Positions 19,401 to 26,741 of a stretch of DNA of 63,438 bases are shown here, one piece after another. Within the stretch, counting starts at the first letter, position 1. Every line of letters starts with the position of its first letter. Position numbers and translations under genes: made by a program. Source of the DNA: Nitrospiraceae bacterium (lineage in GTDB: Bacteria > Nitrospirota > Nitrospiria > Nitrospirales > Nitrospiraceae); assembly GCA_040510255.1 (NCBI GenBank), contig JBEVJJ010000033.1, positions 1-63,438 of the forward strand, in the 5' to 3' direction. The notes beneath the pieces are model-generated. The model was given only the letters and a program-made list of their open reading frames with translations. It made no database searches and was not told the origin of the DNA.

Positions 19401-20863
19401 GGGTAATCAGTTTTGTGTTCCCCTAGGAGTTCGTTGAATGGAGTCGTCGGGTTGGTGTTACACGTGCCGTCGATTGGCCTGGGAGATGCCGCAGTATCAC
19501 TTCCCGTACAGTGCACGCCATGGTGTGTATGGGCGTAATCTTGCAGCGCAGCCGGTATACCCTGGTCTTCTGTGGGTTCACCGTCTGTAAAGATAATCAC
19601 AAACGTTTTACAGCAGTTGACAACTTGTGAGGTGGACGCCCAGGCCGGCGTATGATTCTTACCAAAGAAATAGGGATCTCTCCCGCACGCACTGACGATA
19701 TATCCACTGGGACAACTCTCTCCACCACCGAGCGCACTAATTTCGCTAGTCCCGACAGAACCGACTCCTGCTGTTTGATAATTTACGCCGTTTGAAACCC
19801 CACCTGAAAAGGCAATCGGATAGACATAAGATGCAGGAGTATTGGCCGAATTGATCTGGGCAACATATCGAGCGCTTTCATAAAGTGATTCGCCCAATGG
19901 AGTCCAGGTAGACGGGAAAGACTCTTGGACGGCATCAACCATCGCGGCGGTATTAGTATTGAATGTCTCGACTCCGGATCCCGACCAATCAATCGATTGA
20001 CGCATGCCTGCTCCAACCAACATCCGAGCGCCCTGGCTAGTAGATTTGAACTCAAAGAGGCCAAACCGTGCTTTGTTGCCGATTTGTTGAATTACTCCAG
20101 TTGGTTCTGTTGCATAACCTATTTTCAGTTCATACTTCCGCACACTATATCCGTCGCCACAGTTGCTGTTGAAAGTGTTATCATTGTCGACACAGAAGTA
20201 GGAGGCGTCGACACCGATCCAGAGCGTTGCGGGGTTGCCTGATCTGTCAGCTAACGGAATTCTTCCAACATAAGTGGTTGCTCCTGTCCCTCCAGCATAA
20301 TCAGTATCCACTAACTCTGTATTAACTCCTGCCGCCTGTGCCCGCACCGTCTTGAGCGCTGGCGAGCCATTCGTCGGACAGGTTCCATCTGCAGCCCTCG
20401 CCACAAAACAGTCACCACCGATCATCGCTTTCTTGACGGCGTCAAACCGCCTGAAGGTCGCCCAATTCAAAAAATTGCCGTCCCACTCGGTGCTGGGACA
20501 GGCCGTCGACAACAATGCCTTCGCCGTGGCTGCCTCGAAGCGTGCATCAGCTCCATTGTCATATGTATAACAGCGAAGAGAATCGAAGTAGCCTGAGAAA
20601 TTGAACGCATTCGTGAAAGACCTATCTCCGGCATCCCTGCAGTCCCCATCGGCAGGGTTGGAAAGATCACAAGCTAGACCACTCATACTCCCGGAATTGT
20701 CCATGAGGAGGATAATATTGGGCGTCGTTACATTTGATACAAACGGCGGGGTGGCCGTGTAGTCCGCGTTTGACACAACGGCGTTCACCTCTCGCACACA
20801 AACCATTACAGAGACCAGGGCGAGCGCAAAAGTTGTAATGGCTGAGGTGGTTTTGGATTTCAT
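16463..20863 (-). CDS. pilY1: Type IV pilus tip adhesin PilY1 with N-terminal vWA domain
   Basis: 1466 aa with a signal peptide. vWA MIDAS DNSGSMS and FTDGEPT. DxDxDG-type Ca loops. C-terminal propeller hallmark VAYVGGNDGMLHAFNAG. Confidence 0.9.
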   Translation of the reverse strand: MKSKTTSAITTFALALVSVMVCVREVNAVVSNADYTATPPFVSNVTTPNIILLMDNSGSMSGLACDLSNPADGDCRDAGDRSFTNAFNFSGYFDSLRCYTYDNGADARFEAATAKALLSTACPSTEWDGNFLNWATFRRFDAVKKAMIGGDCFVARAADGTCPTNGSPALKTVRAQAAGVNTELVDTDYAGGTGATTYVGRIPLADRSGNPATLWIGVDASYFCVDNDNTFNSNCGDGYSVRKYELKIGYATEPTGVIQQIGNKARFGLFEFKSTSQGARMLVGAGMRQSIDWSGSGVETFNTNTAAMVDAVQESFPSTWTPLGESLYESARYVAQINSANTPASYVYPIAFSGGVSNGVNYQTAGVGSVGTSEISALGGGESCPSGYIVSACGRDPYFFGKNHTPAWASTSQVVNCCKTFVIIFTDGEPTEDQGIPAALQDYAHTHHGVHCTGSDTAASPRPIDGTCNTNPTTPFNELLGEHKTDYPDNGGHYLDEVAYWAHTNDLRPCNGTADGTIAVLSVAGHCLPGTQNITVYSFFAFGNINGRGILAQTARLGGFEDANGDGIPQTGEWDKENNYSGAAVPDGIPDAYFESANVDDLQDKMLATIASILRRSSSGSSVSVLATASTGEGALYQSYFYPTTLEPTTLNDVKWTGFTHSLFIDTFGNIREDTDGNKKLDYKNDRIVKTRFDTAANLVKVDKFEDLNGDGLPDDKNSDGVVKYPEDCNPCNGLLSDILPIWEAGKQLALRDASTRTILTWVDSDHDGVVDTGEQIPFTTANSSTLYPYLRAANTTEGDKIINFIRGCDVTACADQATTRDRRLQVPPLSGTLKVWKLGDVIHSTPTVVAAPKDRYDVKYGDTSYGSYLLQYHNRRQVAYVGGNDGMLHAFNAGYYHTGDDPSTGTSASPVIEHGYFTRTPTDNSAGPQLGDELWGFIPYQLLPQLDFLTKADYQHVYYVDLPLTVADARIFSADADHPNGWGTILIGGFRLGGSCGACVAGSGAPPMTVNIGGTNYNFYSAYFALDVTNPEVPPKLLWSFSSSGMGLSTSLPAIVRVNPSGDAKASNTNAKWYMVAGSGPTGYGATTSQSAAIYVVDLVTGPGSNNSLVTTLPVGSLNSYIGDIVGFDKNLDFRHDALYFGRSIDDGTPPWRGKIYRLTTAQSAPFGGATSPTAWGITSGSNRVPTEMLDNFPLGASPTKEMGPVSAAPGLAIDDAANIWVFAGSGRYHSASDKTDTSTQYFVGLKDSVLNTGCNQASGITNCMEDDLVDMSGAKVCVVGIGDCGQSSGTNQVTGVASGVNTFSQLISHVQNKDGWFISLLEPANPPGQPTPYGIGERVVNPPTVFGGIVFFPTFTPTNDVCASSGTSKLFALFYKTGSAYQESIIGTSGSGANQNVNTSVSIGSGLAFGAVAHIGSGSDGNSPFQLLINMSQGNFASCSTCAGGWDVSVAVDPRSRYFSWMNM

Positions 20864-20927
20864 GATTAGTTTCTCCTCATCTCAAACAGTTGAGACAAGA
20901 CACGCAGCATGTCCCACACATTTTGCT

Positions 20928-21239
20928 TTACTGTGGAAGCGTCACCACCATTTTATCGACACGACCTTCCTTGAGATGAAACTTTACAAGGGAGGTAGGA
21001 ACGATTCGATCGAGTTCCAGGGGATTCCCTTTATGGTCCAAGATGACCACATCGGATTTTAGTTCGTATGACCTTTCATCTATCTCGATTGAAGTGGATC
21101 TCACCTCGTTGACATGCCCTGATTTGAACCCGACGGTTATCGGAGATGATCCAGTCTGGCAGAAGCCGACCGGCGGATGAACAATTGCAAACAAGAGGCT
21201 AATTACAACTGCGAAAGACAACGCCTTTACCCGTGACAT
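20928..21239 (-). CDS. Small exported protein of unknown function between pilX and pilY1
   Basis: 103 aa from ATG 21239 (AGGAGG SD): MSRVKALSFAVVISLLFAIVHPPVGFC/QT..., followed by a ~75-aa beta-rich body. The longest ORF reaches 21287. Confidence 0.6.
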   Translation of the reverse strand: MSRVKALSFAVVISLLFAIVHPPVGFCQTGSSPITVGFKSGHVNEVRSTSIEIDERSYELKSDVVILDHKGNPLELDRIVPTSLVKFHLKEGRVDKMVVTLPQ

Positions 21240-21247
21240 GGTTCCTC

Positions 21248-21841
21248 CTAAACCTTCTTGTAACAACCAGTTGAGTAAAAGGTACATCCATAGATAGACG
21301 TGACCGTACTGCTTACGCCCGTTGCAGCGTTTGTGGCGACACAGGTAATCCGGTAAAGGATTTCCTGACCGCCTTCCTTCGTCGGATCCATTCCGGGCTT
21401 ATTATGGATGTAGAGGCGATCGATATCTCCATTGACGGTGAAACCATTAACGTTCAGGCTAAGGTTAGGAGCAGTCGCCGCCGCATCGGTACTGTTCTCC
21501 GACGGGAGTCCTGCGGACACCGCTGGAGGAAAGGGTAACGTGGCCCCTGTGATTTCGCTTTGCAGAGTGGGACCGTTTGCAGCTGGGACTGGACCAACCG
21601 GGACAGAGGAACTCAAAAAACTGGCAGGCAATTGTCCAGGAGGAACGATCGTTTGTTGAATGATGTTGGCTGCCGTCCCCTCGCAAGACTCTGCCGCGGC
21701 TGCAGCGGCCTCGGTCGTTCTGAAGAATCCTGCCATTCGATTTTCCAATCCGGTCACGGTAATCGCAGTGATGCCAAGGACAGTCAACAGAAGGATGATA
21801 AGCAAGACAGTCAGAAGGGCAACTCCTCGCTGATCAGTCAT
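21248..21841 (-). CDS. pilX: Minor pilin PilX (GspK-like, no Glu5)
   Basis: MTDQRG/VALLTVLLIILLLTVLGITAITVTGLENRMAG is the PilX_N pattern. Start moved to ATG 21841. Confidence 0.8.
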   Translation of the reverse strand: MTDQRGVALLTVLLIILLLTVLGITAITVTGLENRMAGFFRTTEAAAAAAESCEGTAANIIQQTIVPPGQLPASFLSSSVPVGPVPAANGPTLQSEITGATLPFPPAVSAGLPSENSTDAAATAPNLSLNVNGFTVNGDIDRLYIHNKPGMDPTKEGGQEILYRITCVATNAATGVSSTVTSIYGCTFYSTGCYKKV

Positions 21842-21891
21842 TGATGCGCCCTTCGTATGACAATGCATGGGTGTCTTCCTGTCCTTGGGAA

Positions 21892-22983
21892 CTATAGGTT
21901 GCGCGGCTGTACGGCTCTGGTTAGCACACGGCGCCGCTGCTGCTGGTAACTGACAAGATTGTATCCAGGATCACCTGGTGTGGACGGATCATGGTCACTC
22001 ACCAGAATCGGACCGGTGGTATTGATGGCGAGTTTTCCGCTTTCGGTCGTGCCCTCTTCAATACGTGTCTGCCTCGCGACGATGCTAATCTGTGCAAGGC
22101 GAATCGTGTTTGGTCTCATGTTTGTCAGGGGAGCGACCCCGGACCAGGTATTGTTCGAGACAAAGTCTCCTGCAGTGAATCCATTTGGCGTCACATCCCA
22201 TTCGTCAATCACTCCATCGGGCGCCGCTGGATTCGGAGCGTTCGTATTGCACCCATCACAGGCATATGCAAGCTGAAGGTCTTCCACCCCATCAACGATT
22301 GGTGTGCCGTTACGAACCAAACATGGAGCGCTGTTCGCTCCGCATGTTGCGGTGGCCGTCGAGATTTGATACTGAACGCACTGCATTAGATAGACAGGCG
22401 TGCCGATCGGAAACTGGCCGTCTATCGACGCGTCAAATGTCATGGTTCCAGATGTCACTGCGGAGACTCGCCTCGAGACAGCTCCTCCCAGGGACACAAC
22501 AGACCCCACACCCAGGCCATGCGCGGTCATGTCCGTAATAGCAGCACCGGCCATTGTGATTACAGTAAATGGAGTAGCGGGATTCGGCGGTACCGATCCT
22601 GCCGAAGCCGTGAGGGTCCAAGGTGTTGTTGTAGTGCTCAGTACGGGAACCACAAGAGAGACACCGTCTGGACCAGTATCCGCCCCTGCGATATTCTGAT
22701 CTTGTGGAAGTAGCCCGACTGGCCGTCCTCCGGAAGTGCAGGCGCCGACAACTGGTGTCGCTGGATCAGTTGCATTGTAGTTAAATCCAGCCAACCGGAT
22801 ATCGCGAGTTATTATGTCCATAGCAATCCGAACATTCTGTTGAGTATCAGCGACCTGACTGTTGACGTGACTCGTGCGATTGCTGGAAACCAGGGTGGTC
22901 ATGGCAGCTGCTACTATCACAACAGTCACGACTATGGCAGCCAATAACTCCACTATCGTAAATCCTCGCTCATCATCCGACAT
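21892..22983 (-). CDS. pilW: Minor pilin PilW (GspJ-like)
   Basis: MSDDERG/FTIVELLAAIVVTVVIVAAAM...DTQQNVRIAMDIITRDIRLAGF. Start moved to ATG 22983; the longest ORF reaches 23025. Confidence 0.8.
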   Translation of the reverse strand: MSDDERGFTIVELLAAIVVTVVIVAAAMTTLVSSNRTSHVNSQVADTQQNVRIAMDIITRDIRLAGFNYNATDPATPVVGACTSGGRPVGLLPQDQNIAGADTGPDGVSLVVPVLSTTTTPWTLTASAGSVPPNPATPFTVITMAGAAITDMTAHGLGVGSVVSLGGAVSRRVSAVTSGTMTFDASIDGQFPIGTPVYLMQCVQYQISTATATCGANSAPCLVRNGTPIVDGVEDLQLAYACDGCNTNAPNPAAPDGVIDEWDVTPNGFTAGDFVSNNTWSGVAPLTNMRPNTIRLAQISIVARQTRIEEGTTESGKLAINTTGPILVSDHDPSTPGDPGYNLVSYQQQRRRVLTRAVQPRNL

Positions 22984-23036
22984 CGTTCGCTCTTCCCGGT
23001 TGGTCGGCATGTCTATCACTATCACCGTTTCCAGGG

Positions 23037-23615
23037 TTATTCGGGAGCAATGACGCTGACGAAGGTGGCCGATTTCTGCCGTCGAGTGCTAATGTCACTA
23101 CGCGTCCCTGACGCCCAGGTAAGATTTACAGTTACCGAAACCCTATGCATGGTTTGGGGGTTAACTGTGGGGCTTGGATCCACTCTCGCCACCTGTACAA
23201 CTCCTCTCACATCACTTAAGGCTGATCCGGCAACCACAGTTCTCCATTGGTTACAATCACCTTGAGCCCCCACGCCCACAGCGAGCGTATTGCCTAACCC
23301 TAACGGAACTGGATCACTGAAGGTGCCGGGACAGGCAAGGGTCGTGTCAATCCCGCTATATTCCATTACGCGTTGCCGGTTATTCTGTATTCGTTCGACG
23401 ATGTCGGTAGCGAGGTTGGCAGCACGGGTAATTTCGTTTGCATCGACATTTTTACCGAGTGACATCCCTTGCAACCCGGCGAGACCAAGAAGCCCTACAG
23501 ATAACACTCCCGCAGCCACCATCGCTTCCAGCAAAGAAAACCCATTCCCGTTCCTATTGCTCTCAACCCCACACTTTCGCATTTGTCTAAGTTGGCGGAT
23601 AGGTGTTCCCATCAT
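23037..23615 (-). CDS. pilV: Minor pilin PilV (GspI-like)
   Basis: ...NGNG/FSLLEAMVAAGVLSVGLLGLAGLQG is the PilV pattern. ATG 23615 overlaps the fimT-like stop (ATGA). ATG 23582 is also possible. Confidence 0.8.
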   Translation of the reverse strand: MMGTPIRQLRQMRKCGVESNRNGNGFSLLEAMVAAGVLSVGLLGLAGLQGMSLGKNVDANEITRAANLATDIVERIQNNRQRVMEYSGIDTTLACPGTFSDPVPLGLGNTLAVGVGAQGDCNQWRTVVAGSALSDVRGVVQVARVDPSPTVNPQTMHRVSVTVNLTWASGTRSDISTRRQKSATFVSVIAPE

Positions 23616-24160
23616 GGGCAACTCGCATTTGCGCACCAATTGACCTTTCCGCTAGGTGTCACAACGATTGAAAACGTCAGTCCCTGTGTCGATACGAGCG
23701 TCACCAATTGATTGGCAATTCCGCCACCTACACGAAGTCCGAACTGGCTAAATTGAATGGTACCCAGGGTACCTACACCTGCCGGCTTGAACTGTGTAGT
23801 CATTACAGCCGGCCCTGGGTTCGTTACCACAAGGCTCCCATCTACGATGCCGGCAGGAAGCGTCATCCCCCTCAAGATCCCGCCAAAATCAAGATTTACG
23901 GATCCATCGGCAGCCTTTACAAAGGCCGCAGTAACTGTGGAGTTTCGGCTTCGTGCTGCCATTCTGGCAAGCTGGAAACTACCGGCGATTTCGGTGGTAG
24001 CTTGCCGCAGTTGATAGCGCGAACTCCATTTCGAATAAGCTGGCACTGCGATCATCGACATGATGCCAATAATCGCGCTCACGGTCATTACCTCAACCAG
24101 CGTAAACCCGCGCTGCCTAGATGATTCCGAATGATGCTGCTCTTGTGAACATACACACAT
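23612..24160 (-). CDS. fimT: Minor pilin FimT/FimU (GspH-like)
   Basis: MCVCSQEQHHSESSRQRG/FTLVEVMTVSAIIGIMSMIAVPAY...ATTEIAGSFQLARMAA. First ATG is at 24160; the longest ORF starts at GTG 24214. Confidence 0.75.
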   Translation of the reverse strand: MCVCSQEQHHSESSRQRGFTLVEVMTVSAIIGIMSMIAVPAYSKWSSRYQLRQATTEIAGSFQLARMAARSRNSTVTAAFVKAADGSVNLDFGGILRGMTLPAGIVDGSLVVTNPGPAVMTTQFKPAGVGTLGTIQFSQFGLRVGGGIANQLVTLVSTQGLTFSIVVTPSGKVNWCANASCP

Positions 24161-24176
24161 GGCAACCCCGAAATGA

Positions 24177-24191
24177 GCAAGGGCCGTGCCG
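24177..24191 (-). promoter_or_regulatory. Candidate sigma54 -24/-12 element (cGGCACG-N4-TTGCt)
   Basis: The minus strand reads tcGGCACGgcccTTGCtcatttcggggttgccATG. GG-N10-GC spacing and all core positions of TGGCACG-N4-TTGC match except the first T. It sits only 17 nt from ATG 24160. Confidence 0.35.
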
Positions 24192-24839
24192 ACTTGAAAC
24201 CACGCAAATTCCACTGAACTTATTGACTTGTCGATATCCTAGATCGGCGTACTAGGTACAAAAGCGAGCTATTTTCAGCCGAATGAGTGACAAATTTCGT
24301 CCTAACGGGCGGGCAGTTTTGTGCCGCGCACGCATTGACGATTGGATTGGTCGCCGGAACAAGTCGAGGGGTAACTGCGCCTGTCATACGAAACGATCTA
24401 CCGTGACTTCTTCGTTCAAGTCTGCAGCGTACTTTTTTGACTACATCGAACGCTGGCACAAATCCCCCGGCAGCGGCGCCGCCTGGAGACAGGCAAACTC
24501 TTAACTCAGTGTCCGTGGAAACGGGGTATAATCCTTATCCCTGCGCAACTGCTTGAGTTCCCCTAACCTCCCTGGTGGTCTTAGCCTCACGCGCCCACCC
24601 GGCTGAGCACGGTTGATTCACACCCGATTCTTGCGCCACTTGATCGGCGCATCCAGCAATCCCGCGCAGCAGCGCATCGATTTCCTGTTTGAATTCCGTG
24701 CTGAATCCACAGACGCTCTGCTCCTACTGGCATCATGCCTACATTATGCCTAGGTGATGTAGACAAATAAGGGAGATCAAATGTGCGAAATTCCCTTGTT
24801 GGCACGCTAAGGGTATACGGTCCACCAAACTTATAGATG

Positions 24840-26642
24840 CTATTTGACCGCAACTGCTCGCACTTGCTTGTATGTCGTAAGACCCTGTAGGACTTTGCGA
24901 ATACCGTCCTGGACCAGGGTGGTCATGCCCTCCTGACGCGCAACCTCCAACATTTCCGCCGTGCGCGCCCTTCCGGCAATAAGCTCCCTGATCGGCTCGG
25001 ATCCAACCCTGAGTTCATGAAGAGGAAGCCGTCCTTTAAAACCGGTGTGAGCGCATGAAGAACAGCCGCGGCCTCGATAAAAGCACAATGAAGAACTGTA
25101 CTCCGTTTGTAACTCTGCCCAGTCATTGATTCCGTAAACGATTCTCAGCTCATTGTACTCCTCTTCTGTCGGCTGATACGGCTCTTTGCACTCATGACAA
25201 ATGCGTTTGCACAGTCGCATAGCCAATACACCGAGTATGGCATCAGAAAAATTGAATGGGTCACAACCCAAGTCAAGCAACCGGATTACGGTCTCGACTG
25301 CGCTGTTTGTGTGTATGGTGCTAAACACGACATGGCCGGTGAGCGACGCTTCAATAGCAATATCGGCGGTTTCCCTGTCGCGCATCTCGCCAATCATGAT
25401 CACATCCGGGTCAGCCCTCAAGAAAGCCCGCATAGCCGCCGCAAAGGTCAGGCCGATTTTGGGATGCACTTGCACCTGGCGAAGCCCCTCTTGTGTAATC
25501 TCAATCGGATCCTCCGCAGTCCATATTTTTCGTTCGTCCGTGTTGATCGATGCAAGGATCGCATGCAACGTCGTGGTTTTTCCGGATCCAGTTGGTCCAG
25601 CGCAAAGAAAGATTCCATGAGGTTTTTTCGCAAGTTCGGCAATAACAGCACGGGTTCGTGGGTCAAATTCCATTCCGTCGATCGATCGGGCACCACCAGT
25701 ACTGAGAAGTCGAATCACCACATCTTCATTCAATCCGGCTGTCGGCAATGTCGCGACTCGCAATTCGATTTCCGTCCCAGTGGTTAGTTTGAATCGTATT
25801 TTCCCATCCTGCGGCTTGCGACGCTCCGCAATATCAAGATTGGCCATGATCTTGACGCGCGAGACGACTGCCCGCCGATAGGCCGCAGGAATCTTCATAT
25901 AGGTAAAGCAAGTTCCATCAACTCGAAATCGTACCGCAGTTTCTTTCCGATCGGCATACGGTTCAATATGGATATCAGAGGCATTCAAACGGTACGCTTC
26001 CGCAATGATCTTATTGGCGAGTCGTACGATGGCCGAGTCATTCTCAGTAATTTGCGCAATGTTCGCATTTTGTTGTTCCTCCCACTGGGCTTCACTTACA
26101 AGTTCTCCCAGAATGTCCGTGATTGCATCCCCGATGGGCTGTCCACTGCCTGCCGATAGGAACTGTTCAATATCCTGCCGTAGGCCGACCACATAATGAA
26201 TGGTCGCGCTGGGAAATGCTCGGTGAACATCGAGACACTTTTCTACATTCCGCGGATCATCGATCAACACATCAATGACTTTTCCGCATCGTTGCAAAGG
26301 AACCCAGTGATTGCCCTTCAAATAGTCGAGACTGAGATTCTTGAGTAGGTCGGGATCGATCACAGTCCTAGCATCATAGGGTCTATAAGAACATCCATAA
26401 TAGTCACCGAGCATTGCACCTAGAACCGGTTTGGGAACACGAAACCTGTCGACCAGTATTCGTTCCACTTCAACCCCGTTTCGTAAGGAATCAGCCATAG
26501 CATGTCTTAGTTCTTCTTTCTGCATGAAACCCTGACTCACAAGTCTCGCGAGGGCATCGATGGGTGGATACTGCTGCTCAGTTCTTACTTCTTGCGATCT
26601 TGATGGTCTGCAATTCTGATCAGTGGTTGACGCTGCAATCAT
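24840..26642 (-). CDS. pilB: Type IV pilus / T2SS assembly ATPase PilB (GspE family)
   Basis: N-terminal T2SSE_N-like domain, Walker A GPTGSGKTTT, Walker B IMIGEMRD, His box GHVVFSTIHTN, and a tetracysteine C-x2-C...C-x2-C. GGAAGGAG SD. Confidence 0.92.
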   Translation of the reverse strand: MIAASTTDQNCRPSRSQEVRTEQQYPPIDALARLVSQGFMQKEELRHAMADSLRNGVEVERILVDRFRVPKPVLGAMLGDYYGCSYRPYDARTVIDPDLLKNLSLDYLKGNHWVPLQRCGKVIDVLIDDPRNVEKCLDVHRAFPSATIHYVVGLRQDIEQFLSAGSGQPIGDAITDILGELVSEAQWEEQQNANIAQITENDSAIVRLANKIIAEAYRLNASDIHIEPYADRKETAVRFRVDGTCFTYMKIPAAYRRAVVSRVKIMANLDIAERRKPQDGKIRFKLTTGTEIELRVATLPTAGLNEDVVIRLLSTGGARSIDGMEFDPRTRAVIAELAKKPHGIFLCAGPTGSGKTTTLHAILASINTDERKIWTAEDPIEITQEGLRQVQVHPKIGLTFAAAMRAFLRADPDVIMIGEMRDRETADIAIEASLTGHVVFSTIHTNSAVETVIRLLDLGCDPFNFSDAILGVLAMRLCKRICHECKEPYQPTEEEYNELRIVYGINDWAELQTEYSSSLCFYRGRGCSSCAHTGFKGRLPLHELRVGSEPIRELIAGRARTAEMLEVARQEGMTTLVQDGIRKVLQGLTTYKQVRAVAVK

Positions 26643-26741
26643 GGTGATCTCCTTCCTATCTCAATCTAGTTCATAGTGCCGATTAGTCACTCCACACACC
26701 CAAGGATCTGAGAATCCTCCGTCCAACCCCGTAAGGGACTG

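Noticed and set aside
24312-24326. Second sigma54-like string on the minus strand, cGGCACaaaacTGCc.
   Set aside because: The GG-to-GC spacing is 9 nt rather than 10, and the -12 region is TGC rather than TTGC. This is a near miss only.
24473-24482. 10-bp palindrome GCGGCGCCGC.
   Set aside because: It has no loop, so it is not a stable hairpin. It is a single occurrence and compatible with chance in GC-rich DNA. It is mentioned only as a landmark.
24161-24839. Possibility that the spacer encodes a known structured RNA (RNase P RNA, tmRNA, 6S, c-di-GMP riboswitch).
   Set aside because: By eye I found none of the conserved strings I know, such as GGAAAGUCCGG for RNase P or a tRNA-like GGUUCGAUUCC...CCA end for tmRNA. 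This cannot be excluded without a covariance-model scan.
24220-24853. ORFs 24220-24459 (79 aa), 24283-24504 (73 aa) and 24587-24853 (88 aa) in the pilus-island spacer, considered as a missed major pilin or PilY2-like gene.
   Set aside because: They have no prepilin G/FTLIE helix, signal peptide or SD, and one overlaps the pilB 3' end. Their composition (Arg/Ser/Cys-rich) looks non-coding.
26478-26555. MshEN-type c-di-GMP binding motif in the PilB N-terminal domain (LARLVSQGFMQKEELRHAMADS).
   Set aside because: Only the hydrophobic/Gly core (LVxxGF...L) fits. The RLG part with the key arginine and the terminal Gln are missing, so there is no support for c-di-GMP binding.
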